A DNA stretch of 64,000 bases from the sequence record MN850622.1; one strand, 5' to 3'. This document shows positions 8,702-16,759 of this stretch, piece by piece (the stretch's first letter is position 1; each line of letters begins with the position of its first letter). The DNA is from Escherichia phage mobillu. The notes under the pieces were generated by a model, which was given only the letters and a program-made list of their open reading frames with translations, made no database searches and had not been told where the DNA came from. Position numbers and translations under genes: made by a program.

Positions 8702-8968
8702 ATGAAAAAATTAGTAATTGGTTTATTCGCTGTAATGATGGCATTCTCTGTTGGTGCTACCACGGGCGCAGGAGCTGATGGTAACCAGTCTTCTGGGCCT
8801 TCTAACGGTTCGGTAAATGCATCACATTCTCAGGGTATTGAGAATATCAAATCAAGCTATATTAATAGCACGGCCGGACAAGCAACTGAAGCATGGTCAA
8901 AGGGTCGAGTAGTTACTCGCTCTGTATTCTGTGATATGCCTAATTATGTTGCTAAGTGTGATAAGTAA
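8702..8968 (+). CDS. hypothetical secreted protein
   Basis: Signal peptide MKKLVIGLFAVMMAFSVGA; Gly/Ser-rich. Confidence 0.55.
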   Translation: MKKLVIGLFAVMMAFSVGATTGAGADGNQSSGPSNGSVNASHSQGIENIKSSYINSTAGQATEAWSKGRVVTRSVFCDMPNYVAKCDK

Positions 8969-8973
8969 ATGTG

Positions 8974-8993
8974 GGGACCTTCGGGTCCCTTTA
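8974..8993 (+). terminator. candidate rho-independent terminator
   Basis: GGGACC-TTCG-GGTCCC followed by TTT. Confidence 0.5.
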
Positions 8994-9019
8994 GGGGGTT
9001 AAAATATTTTTAAAAAGTA

Positions 9020-9056
9020 GTGTACATGCTTTTAGGATATGATACTATAGACCTAT
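9020..9056 (+). promoter_or_regulatory. candidate early promoter
   Basis: TGTACA -35-like, TACTATAGACC -10 region as in other cassettes. Confidence 0.35.
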
Positions 9057-9086
9057 CGAAACGAAATGAGTAAATTGGAGAATAAA

Positions 9087-10067
9087 ATGTTCAACGTTCA
9101 AATCAAAAAAGGTATCTATCGTAATAACGAAATCTCTGGTTCTTATGTTGCCACAAAGACCTGGTTCCCGGCAAAGCTTAATCCTGAATGTTCCCACTTA
9201 GGTGATGGTAAAATTTTCGTTATGATTGATGGATCTGAACGTGGAGTATGGGTCTTCAAATCAGACATCGTAATGGAAGGAGTTGAGACGTCACCAGTTG
9301 CAGTTGTTGAAAGCACTGAAGATATGAAAACTCGTATCAACAAACGCTTTAAAGTAATGAACATGATGACGAATGGCATTATCGATGGCAAAATTCGTTC
9401 ACTCATTATTTCAGGTGCAGCTGGTATTGGTAAGACGTATTCTCTGGATAAAGCACTTAATAATGCTAATGATAATGGTTTCATCAAATACAAAAGCATT
9501 AATGGTAAAATCTCTGGTATTGACCTTTACGAACAACTTTGGCTCAACCGTGATGCAGACAGCGTTCTCTTAATCGATGACGTTGACGTATTCTCAGATA
9601 TGGACATCCTGAACCTTCTTAAAGCAGCATTAGATACCGGAGATAAACGCAAAGTTTGTTGGAGCACTGCGTCATCTTATCTCGAGGATAAGGGTATTGA
9701 TAAAGAATTTGAGTTTGAAGGTACTATCGTTTTCATTACAAACGTTGATATCGATAAAGAGTTAGAACGGGGTTCGAAACTTGCTCCACACCTTCAAGCT
9801 TTAGTATCTCGTTCAGTGTATCTCGACCTTGGAGTACACTCTAATGAAGAGATTATGGTTCGAGTTGAAGATGTAATATTATCTACTGACATGATGCAGA
9901 AACGTGGTCTGACGGATGCAGAAACGTATAAAGCATTGTCCTGGATGAAGGCTAACGTATCTCGTCTTCGCAATGTATCATTACGTACGGCTCTTTATGT
10001 AGCAGATTTTATTTCAACTGATAAAGATGGTTGGGAAGAAATCTCGGAAGTTACTTTACTGAAATAA
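9087..10067 (+). CDS. AAA-type P-loop ATPase-like protein
   Basis: Walker A ISGAAGIGKTY, Walker B VLLIDDVD; start placed at ATG 9087 after GGAG (ATG 9066 possible). Confidence 0.6.
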   Translation: MFNVQIKKGIYRNNEISGSYVATKTWFPAKLNPECSHLGDGKIFVMIDGSERGVWVFKSDIVMEGVETSPVAVVESTEDMKTRINKRFKVMNMMTNGIIDGKIRSLIISGAAGIGKTYSLDKALNNANDNGFIKYKSINGKISGIDLYEQLWLNRDADSVLLIDDVDVFSDMDILNLLKAALDTGDKRKVCWSTASSYLEDKGIDKEFEFEGTIVFITNVDIDKELERGSKLAPHLQALVSRSVYLDLGVHSNEEIMVRVEDVILSTDMMQKRGLTDAETYKALSWMKANVSRLRNVSLRTALYVADFISTDKDGWEEISEVTLLK

Positions 10068-10205
10068 GCTTATAGGAAGTTCTGAGGTAACAAAAGCCAT
10101 AAAGATGAATAATCATATGGCTTACCTCAAAGAAGGACACCAGGAACCTACTGAGGGCATAGAAATATTTAAAAATAATGATGTACAAATCAAAGAGGAT
10201 ATGTT

Positions 10206-10493
10206 ATGGATTTTATGCAAAAAATTAAAGCCGCAGTCGAACTCTATGCTCATCGTATGGTTAGTTCTACAATGCAATATAGCGAGGAGGTTCGCCAGGA
10301 CTCTTCCTTGAAAGGAAAAACTAAAGCCTTAATTACCTTAGATCGTTTGCAAAAGAATGCCATAGAGATGCTCCAGTACGACAAGGGTGTATATAAGAAA
10401 GAACAGGAAGAGAAACTTAAATCTGAAAAATTAAAGAAAATCCCGAAGTCGGTTTGGTTCAGTGGAAAAAATACCGAAAAAAGTTTCTTTTAG
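10206..10493 (+). CDS. hypothetical protein
   Basis: ORF 95 aa with RBS AGAGGA. Confidence 0.5.
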   Translation: MDFMQKIKAAVELYAHRMVSSTMQYSEEVRQDSSLKGKTKALITLDRLQKNAIEMLQYDKGVYKKEQEEKLKSEKLKKIPKSVWFSGKNTEKSFF

Positions 10494-10495
10494 TT

Positions 10496-10533
10496 GTTTA
10501 CAAGGTCTATGGTTATGTTATTATAGACCTATC
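10496..10533 (+). promoter_or_regulatory. T4-type early promoter (PeSL-like)
   Basis: GTTTAC 10496-10501, TG-TTATTATAGACC; inverted repeat GGTCTAT/ATAGACC. Confidence 0.5.
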
Positions 10534-10551
10534 AACTACTGGAGGTAAAAC

Positions 10552-11079
10552 ATGAACGCTAAAGATATTTTCAACCTGGTGAATTATAACGACGGTAAAT
10601 TTAAATCTGAAGCACAAAGCAAGTTCTTTAATGACGTTGCTTATGGTAACGAGATTACCGTGGACGGAGGTCAGATTTTCAAATCTCGCTGGAATTGGAT
10701 TGTTATCATCGATTCAGTTGGAATTGTGGAAGTCTACAAAAACACTAACAAAAAACGTACATTATTCTGGTCTCGTGAAACTAACGAGCAGTACAAAAAG
10801 GATAAAGCATCTCGTTTATCCAAAGTAACCCAGGAAGATATCGAGTTTATCAAGAAAGATATCGAGATGTACGAAAATTTAATTGCTGAAGACCAGGCAG
10901 TACTCGATAAGTTTGATGAAATTAAAGCTTCTCGTGAAATCCCTGACTTCATGAAAGAAACAGTAAACGAACGATACGCTCTCACTTCAGAACGTATTGC
11001 AAACTATACAAAACAGAAAGCAGAACGTATTAGTACTCTTCGGAAATTTGAAGAACGTTTAAAGACGGTTCACGCATAA
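10552..11079 (+). CDS. hypothetical protein
   Basis: ORF 175 aa with RBS GGAGG. Confidence 0.55.
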   Translation: MNAKDIFNLVNYNDGKFKSEAQSKFFNDVAYGNEITVDGGQIFKSRWNWIVIIDSVGIVEVYKNTNKKRTLFWSRETNEQYKKDKASRLSKVTQEDIEFIKKDIEMYENLIAEDQAVLDKFDEIKASREIPDFMKETVNERYALTSERIANYTKQKAERISTLRKFEERLKTVHA

Positions 11080-11081
11080 AC

Positions 11082-11106
11082 GCTTTACCCAAGGACGGGT
11101 TATAAT
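11082..11106 (+). promoter_or_regulatory. candidate middle-type promoter
   Basis: GCTTTA (MotA-box-like) 12 nt upstream of TATAAT 11101-11106; contains CCAAGGACGG motif. Confidence 0.35.
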
Positions 11107-11141
11107 GGTTTTGAGTTCCAATTCAATCTGAGGAAATAGTT

Positions 11142-12137
11142 ATGAGCATTACATCTGATGCGGTAAAACATGAAATTAACGGTTTATGTGCTTCACAGAT
11201 TAAAGTGTGGTTTAAAGACCATAACGATCGCAGAGCACTTAATTATGAACAAATTGCTATCCAAGTTCATCAATTACTGGTTAGTAAATTTGATTTTCAT
11301 ATGCCGTCTGAAATCTATACTAATCTGCCGCGAGCACTTATTAAAGCGTGTAAAGGTTATGGAAAATCAATGGCTGATGGAATCTTCAGCGCGCTGAATA
11401 AACTTAACGTTCTGTCGATGATTAACTCTAACAACATCCTGCGTAATCTAGGACGTACTGATTTGTTCGGCCGTGAACAGTGTAAAATGCCTTTGAAATG
11501 GATTGTTGCTCATCTTAACGAGAACCAAACACGTTTTATGGCCGTAACAGCACGCTTACAAATGGGCCTAGATCGTCAGATGAACTTTAAAACTCATCCA
11601 CGTTATTCAGGTTCAACTGACTTTTATAAATGTGAGCTTCAAAAGGTCGGTGGCAAAACCGTCTTAGTAGTTCGTGTAACGTTTGAAGGACGACGTCAAG
11701 GATATTTTGACATAATCGGCTCTGGACTTAAACATTGTGGATTTATCGACGAAGTTGATATCAAGCGAGACGGCGTTGGATACCGTATTGGGTATGTTTG
11801 TACTCTTAAAGAAGAGATTTCAGGACCAGCTCCAGGACTAAAAGACGTTAGATATAAAGACGAGCTCGTTGAAGAAATAAAAGAAGTTGAATATGATATC
11901 AACCAAGAAGATGCTCTTAAAGACCTTATTGATGAACTGAACCAAGACGTTATTCCGGTTCAGAAATTTGAATCAAAACATGCTGAGCAAATCAAATACT
12001 TTGAAGCTTTGATTAACGAACTTAATGTAACTATTCAACAGACTGACGATGAAATCTCACGATTAGCAGGCTTAAACGGTAAAAATAAAACAGAACGAGC
12101 TAATCTTATTCAAGTAGTAAAACTTCTTAAGGAATGA
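11142..12137 (+). CDS. hypothetical protein with C-terminal coiled coil
   Basis: ORF 331 aa; C-terminal heptad-rich segment. Confidence 0.6.
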   Translation: MSITSDAVKHEINGLCASQIKVWFKDHNDRRALNYEQIAIQVHQLLVSKFDFHMPSEIYTNLPRALIKACKGYGKSMADGIFSALNKLNVLSMINSNNILRNLGRTDLFGREQCKMPLKWIVAHLNENQTRFMAVTARLQMGLDRQMNFKTHPRYSGSTDFYKCELQKVGGKTVLVVRVTFEGRRQGYFDIIGSGLKHCGFIDEVDIKRDGVGYRIGYVCTLKEEISGPAPGLKDVRYKDELVEEIKEVEYDINQEDALKDLIDELNQDVIPVQKFESKHAEQIKYFEALINELNVTIQQTDDEISRLAGLNGKNKTERANLIQVVKLLKE

Positions 12138-12166
12138 TGTACAACCAAGGATGGTTGGAGTATAAT
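12137..12166 (+). promoter_or_regulatory. early promoter cassette
   Basis: ATGTAC-AACCAAGGATGGTTGGAG-TATAAT. Confidence 0.5.
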
Positions 12167-12192
12167 AAATTTTTCAACATGAGGAATATAAA

Positions 12193-13152
12193 ATGGCTTT
12201 TATTACACGTAGAGAACTTATCAAAGAATTTACCTCGAACGCATATACTCCAGGACCTAATCCTATCCGTATGCCTGTAAAGACTCCTGAAGAGATTGAG
12301 GAAATCTGTTCATATTATGGGATTACTTCTCGTAAGTTTACTCAATTTGAATGCGTTACTAACACACCCGTTAAAGAGTTCATTAAAAATGGCGAGTTCA
12401 GCCGTTTATTGGCCAAACAGAAACTTCGTAATTTTTGTATTGGCGGTGAAGGACAATATTTCGCTAAGCAGTTCCGGAATAACCTTAACAATCTGATGGC
12501 CATTGCTTCTCGTATTCGTCCTCAAGCAATTAACATGAAACATTTGAAATATACTTACGATAAGTTGGAAATCATGGTTATCAGTGAGAACGAGTTCACT
12601 CTCACGTATAAACCTAAGAATGATAACGTTGCTCGTGTATTCCACCAAGCGTTGGAAGTGTTAGGTGATAATATTCACCAGATTAAAGCAATTTATTCTC
12701 GTGAGCTTAATATTATCAACCCTATCAAGAATAAGGGCCATATCGCTATCCAGGCTCGTGTATCTATTGGTAAAAAGGTTCCTGCGCCATGGTGGCACAA
12801 AGACTCCGAATATTATCAAAATCTTAAAAAGGAAAATGCATTGTTTGAAGCATCGCTTACTGGGACCCCAATTGAACAGGCCGAAGTCCTAAGTGCTTAT
12901 TCTACTTCGGGTAAATCAATGTTTAAAGGTTTGCCAAATGTGTGCAAACTGTCTGCAGTAAAACTAAATGTTTCTAATGACCTTCTTCCGGTCGAAGATT
13001 ACCATTACAATCAAATCAAGGCCACTATGGACCAACTGTCTGTTGAACTTGACAAAGCACAAGCTAAGCTTCGTGATGCTCAAAGTGTTGTAACGAATCT
13101 CCAGTTGCAGTATTCTAAACTTTTTAACGCAATGAATGCGTTAAAATCATAA
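12193..13152 (+). CDS. hypothetical protein with C-terminal coiled coil
   Basis: ORF 319 aa; C-terminal heptad-rich segment. Confidence 0.6.
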   Translation: MAFITRRELIKEFTSNAYTPGPNPIRMPVKTPEEIEEICSYYGITSRKFTQFECVTNTPVKEFIKNGEFSRLLAKQKLRNFCIGGEGQYFAKQFRNNLNNLMAIASRIRPQAINMKHLKYTYDKLEIMVISENEFTLTYKPKNDNVARVFHQALEVLGDNIHQIKAIYSRELNIINPIKNKGHIAIQARVSIGKKVPAPWWHKDSEYYQNLKKENALFEASLTGTPIEQAEVLSAYSTSGKSMFKGLPNVCKLSAVKLNVSNDLLPVEDYHYNQIKATMDQLSVELDKAQAKLRDAQSVVTNLQLQYSKLFNAMNALKS

Positions 13153-13156
13153 ATCA

Positions 13157-13186
13157 GTTTACAACCAAGGATGGTTGGAGTATAAT
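13157..13186 (+). promoter_or_regulatory. early promoter cassette
   Basis: GTTTAC-AACCAAGGATGGTTGGAG-TATAAT, identical 30-mer also at 55021. Confidence 0.55.
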
Positions 13187-13214
13187 GAATTTATCTTAAC
13201 GAGAGGAAAATATT

Positions 13215-14165
13215 ATGACACGTTCACATTACATTGAATACTTTGCAGGTCTTATCGCTAACGTTCATGCCCAACGTGCTTCTGGTGTACTAGGATTTGA
13301 TGTTCCACACCGAGATGTAGTAAGTGGTATTCTTCGAGATTTTGGTACATACGTAGGCCAAGAAAATCATATCTGTAAAGATACTCAAAATGCATATTCT
13401 CATTCATTAGGGACACTGCTTCAATGGTTCAAACGTTCTCGTTTATTATCTTCTACTGTAGCTCGCGATAACATTAAAAACTTTATGAAGCCGAGCTTTA
13501 TTAAATCTGTGACATCTAAAACCGATTTGGTTGAATTCACTATTGTTAATGATGTTAAAAAGACTCATTTGGCTGATTGGTTAACTACCATTCCTGAAAC
13601 TAAATTTGCCGATAAATTTGCTTGTGAATTCAATAACCAAGTGAATATGCTTTTTAAACATTCTCGTAAATTATTCACAGGCGGCGATTCTCGTACAAAT
13701 ACAGTTCATGCTAAAGATTGGGTTACTGCAGTGTTCAAACCAACCGGTAATGGTACCGCATCATTATCAATTGATATTCAGGTTCCTTATTATCACTCAC
13801 GTAATCTCGGCACCATGAAAGCTGAAGAAATTAAGAAGCACAATAAAACCATTCGTTCGCTGTCTTATAAACTTCGCATGATGTTAAGAATCATGGACGT
13901 GGTAGAAATGTATGATGAAACCGAAGATAATGGTTCAATGTTATACAGTTCTCGCATTCAAATTAAGTTGAAGAACCCTAACGAGTATAAGCCTAAGCCT
14001 ATTAAAGAGCCTAAAGCAGAAAAAGTTGATAACTTAAGAGAAGAACGCGAATATCTCAAATCTCGTCTGAAAGAAGTCGAAGCCCAGATTGCAGAACAAA
14101 CTAAATCGTTAAAAGCTCTGAATGCGAAAGCGGATGGTTTACGAAATGCCATTGAGGTGTTATAA
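13215..14165 (+). CDS. hypothetical protein with C-terminal coiled coil
   Basis: ORF 316 aa; C-terminal heptad-rich segment. Confidence 0.6.
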   Translation: MTRSHYIEYFAGLIANVHAQRASGVLGFDVPHRDVVSGILRDFGTYVGQENHICKDTQNAYSHSLGTLLQWFKRSRLLSSTVARDNIKNFMKPSFIKSVTSKTDLVEFTIVNDVKKTHLADWLTTIPETKFADKFACEFNNQVNMLFKHSRKLFTGGDSRTNTVHAKDWVTAVFKPTGNGTASLSIDIQVPYYHSRNLGTMKAEEIKKHNKTIRSLSYKLRMMLRIMDVVEMYDETEDNGSMLYSSRIQIKLKNPNEYKPKPIKEPKAEKVDNLREEREYLKSRLKEVEAQIAEQTKSLKALNAKADGLRNAIEVL

Positions 14166-14470
14166 TGAAACTACGTCTTTTAGAGGATATTGATATGAGC
14201 ACTAATCATGGCTTGGTTAAGTTTATTGACGATAGTTCAAAGATTGAATTTGTTCAGCGAGATAAAATCCACGGTGAAGAAGAGTTTGTTCCTCCGGCAT
14301 GGAACGAAATAATGAAAATGGTTGAACGACGTGAAAATGCTGCCAAATCGGCAGCAAAACATCCATGCCCGGAATGTGGAACTATCCAAGTCCAACTGGT
14401 TAACTGGACAACTGATAACTTGAAATTGAAATGCCGTAAATGCTTCCACAAATTTGAGAGAACATTATAA
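14165..14470 (+). CDS. hypothetical zinc-ribbon protein
   Basis: C-terminal CPEC-x17-CRKC; TAATG coupling. Confidence 0.5.
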   Translation: MKLRLLEDIDMSTNHGLVKFIDDSSKIEFVQRDKIHGEEEFVPPAWNEIMKMVERRENAAKSAAKHPCPECGTIQVQLVNWTTDNLKLKCRKCFHKFERTL

Positions 14471-14883
14471 TGAGATATAGCCTTCATTGTTTTATCGCAG
14501 CTTTAGTTTTTGCCATCATTCCATTCATTTGGAACAGCCAGAATACTTACATGGAAACTAAAGTAATTCCTGTGGAGGTAGTGGAATTAATCTCAGGTCA
14601 ATCTACAGGAAAATATTCTAAATTAGAATTTATTGCCGTCTATAAAGATGAGCAAGGACGAGTTTTTGACAGGCGTGTATCGCCATCGTTTTATACGCTT
14701 CTGAATAAAGGTGATACGATAGCTATAGAAATTCGTGAGATGGATATCAAACAAACTACTAAAGATAACTTGATTTGGTTCTTTGGTATGGTGTTGTTGG
14801 TTTCTATCTGTATCACAGGTTTTATTACATGTATTGTATTTGGCGTTGCATATTTAATCGATGAAAGGAAAAATAATGTTTAA
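14470..14883 (+). CDS. hypothetical membrane protein
   Basis: N- and C-terminal hydrophobic helices. Confidence 0.55.
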   Translation: MRYSLHCFIAALVFAIIPFIWNSQNTYMETKVIPVEVVELISGQSTGKYSKLEFIAVYKDEQGRVFDRRVSPSFYTLLNKGDTIAIEIREMDIKQTTKDNLIWFFGMVLLVSICITGFITCIVFGVAYLIDERKNNV

Positions 14884-15139
14884 AGTGTACGGGTATGACT
14901 CTACTATTCATAAATGCATTTATTGTGATAATGCGAAACGATTGCTGACTGTTAAGAAACAGCCATTCGAATTCATTAATGTTATGCCAGAAAAAGGTGT
15001 TTTTGATGATGAGAAAATTGCTGAGCTTCTGGTTAAGCTTGGACGTGAATCACAAGTCGGATTGACTATGCCTCAAGTGTTTGCTCCTGACGGAAGTCAC
15101 ATTGGTGGATTTGATCAACTGCGAGAATATTTTAAATGA
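14876..15139 (+). CDS. nrdC: thioredoxin (NrdC)
   Basis: 87 aa from ATG 14876; MFKVYGYDSTIHKCIYCDNAKRLL...GGFDQLREYFK matches T4 NrdC as I recall it (CxYC active site). Confidence 0.9.
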   Translation: MFKVYGYDSTIHKCIYCDNAKRLLTVKKQPFEFINVMPEKGVFDDEKIAELLVKLGRESQVGLTMPQVFAPDGSHIGGFDQLREYFK

Positions 15140-15351
15140 TGCTTGAAGGAACTGATTATATCCATGACTACCGTGGAAACGCGGTATATGTAGGTGATGA
15201 AGTTGCAGTTTACTATGGGTATGGAACTTTGATGACAGCCAAGGTTATTCAAATTAAAAATAATCGTGCTAAACTCGAAGTTTATTATTCTAATGGCGAA
15301 AAGTCTATTTCTAAATGGAAATACGGCGATTGCATGGTCAAACTGGGGTAA
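15136..15351 (+). CDS. hypothetical protein
   Basis: ORF 71 aa, ATGA overlap. Confidence 0.5.
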   Translation: MMLEGTDYIHDYRGNAVYVGDEVAVYYGYGTLMTAKVIQIKNNRAKLEVYYSNGEKSISKWKYGDCMVKLG

Positions 15352-15353
15352 AT

Positions 15354-15524
15354 ATGATTTACGATATTAGTGCAGCAAGAGCTCCATCAATGGTTACTAT
15401 TCCTGTTGAAGAATTAGATCGTCTTCAGAAAATTGAAGAGCTTCTTTGGGAAATTGAATCAGCTTTGCCGTCCGGACTAGAATCCTGGATTGATTATGAA
15501 GAGCTCAATAAACTCCGGGGTTAA
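15354..15524 (+). CDS. hypothetical small protein
   Basis: ORF 15315..15524, start placed at ATG 15354 after GGGG. Confidence 0.4.
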   Translation: MIYDISAARAPSMVTIPVEELDRLQKIEELLWEIESALPSGLESWIDYEELNKLRG

Positions 15525-15573
15525 ACCATGGTATTCGGCTCGATGGGAAACTGTCGAGCCAGACGTCGAAACA

Positions 15574-15603
15574 GTTTACAACGACGAAGAAACGTGTTAT
15601 GAT
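15574..15603 (+). promoter_or_regulatory. candidate early promoter
   Basis: GTTTAC 15574-15579 and TG-TTATGAT 18 nt downstream; preceded by hairpin GGCTCGA/TCGAGCC 15537-15560. Confidence 0.35.
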
Positions 15604-15652
15604 GAACCTACAGTAAACGATATGATTGATTTGGAAATGGGAAGAGATTATT

Positions 15653-15823
15653 ATGCAAGTTAAATTGTTATACCGTTTATTAAAAAGTGGCGAACACGAT
15701 TGGTATGTGTTGATTAAAACTGAACCAAATTTTTTCTCCGGACGACCATTTACGGTTCGACCAACTAAACGTCAGCTTCGCAAAGCGAAACGCACGCATC
15801 GCAACTTTTATAGAGGATATTGA
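15653..15823 (+). CDS. hypothetical basic small protein
   Basis: ORF 15626..15823, start placed at ATG 15653 after GGAAGAG. Confidence 0.4.
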   Translation: MQVKLLYRLLKSGEHDWYVLIKTEPNFFSGRPFTVRPTKRQLRKAKRTHRNFYRGY

Positions 15824-15824
15824 T

Positions 15825-16250
15825 ATGAATATTTCTGACACACGTGGTAAGTGGTTCAAGATTGTTAAAGATGACGAAGAACTCCAAGATAAGTTTCCTG
15901 AATTAAAGAAAGATACAATCATCAAGGTAATTGGTACTACGACCGAAGATGGTTATGGCGACCATGGCATTATTGAAGTGATGTTGAACACTGGTGAGAA
16001 ACTTTGCATCTATGACCGTGATACTTCTCTTTGGTGCTTCTGGGAATCACATTCAATAGATGAACTCGAAGAAATTGATTCGGCTGATATTGCGGATGTG
16101 CTAGGTAGTAAACTTGGTGAATTCGAAGGTGAACGAATTTCTTATGCATTAGCTAAATTAGCCGGACAAGAAAATAACGACGGCTATGAAGGTAACCTGA
16201 TGCAAGCAGCCGCAGAATACATTGAATATTTAGAAAGACGTTTAAGTTAA
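15825..16250 (+). CDS. hypothetical acidic protein (position of T4 pin)
   Basis: ORF 141 aa between nrdC and gene 49; no motif recognised. Confidence 0.55.
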   Translation: MNISDTRGKWFKIVKDDEELQDKFPELKKDTIIKVIGTTTEDGYGDHGIIEVMLNTGEKLCIYDRDTSLWCFWESHSIDELEEIDSADIADVLGSKLGEFEGERISYALAKLAGQENNDGYEGNLMQAAAEYIEYLERRLS

Positions 16251-16255
16251 TAAAT

Positions 16256-16284
16256 ACCCTTATCTATTTAAGGTAAGGGTTTAT
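16256..16284 (+). terminator. hairpin / weak terminator upstream of gene 49
   Basis: ACCCTTA-loop-TAAGGGT followed by TTAT. Confidence 0.4.
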
Positions 16285-16285
16285 C

Positions 16286-16759
16286 ATGTTATTATCAGGC
16301 GCAAAATATAAAGAAGAAAAACAAAAATTTTATGATGCACAGAATGGTAAGTGTCCTATTTGCCACCGTGAATTAGACCCTGATGTTCAAGGTAACCATC
16401 TTGACCACGACCACGAATTAAACGGGCCAAAAGCCGGTAGAGTTCGTGGATTACTCTGTAATCTGTGCAACGCAGCAGAAGGCCAAATGAAGCATAAGTT
16501 CAATCGTTCCGGTCTTAAAGGACGTGATGTTGACTACCTCGAATGGCTTGAAGCTCTTCTTGCTTATTTGAAACAAGATTATTCTGATAATAATATCCAT
16601 CCTAATTTTGTTCCAGACAAAACTAAAGAGTTCTCAAGACTAGGTAAAGAGGAAATGATGGCTGAGATGCTTCAAAGAGGATTTGAATATAATGAATCTG
16701 ACACCAAAACACAGTTAATAGCTTCATTTAAGAAGCAGCTTAGAAAGAGTTTAAAATGA
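16286..16759 (+). CDS. 49: endonuclease VII (Holliday junction resolvase)
   Basis: 157 aa; YKEEKQKFYDAQNGKCPIC..HLDHDHELNGPKAG.VRGLLCNLCN...GFEYNESDTKTQLIASFKKQLRKSLK matches T4 gp49 as I recall it. Confidence 0.9.
   Translation: MLLSGAKYKEEKQKFYDAQNGKCPICHRELDPDVQGNHLDHDHELNGPKAGRVRGLLCNLCNAAEGQMKHKFNRSGLKGRDVDYLEWLEALLAYLKQDYSDNNIHPNFVPDKTKEFSRLGKEEMMAEMLQRGFEYNESDTKTQLIASFKKQLRKSLK

Noticed and set aside
10105-10311. 68-aa ORF overlapping the start of ORF 10206-10493
   Set aside because: Overlaps the better-supported 10206 ORF (RBS AGAGGA) in another frame; no RBS of its own.
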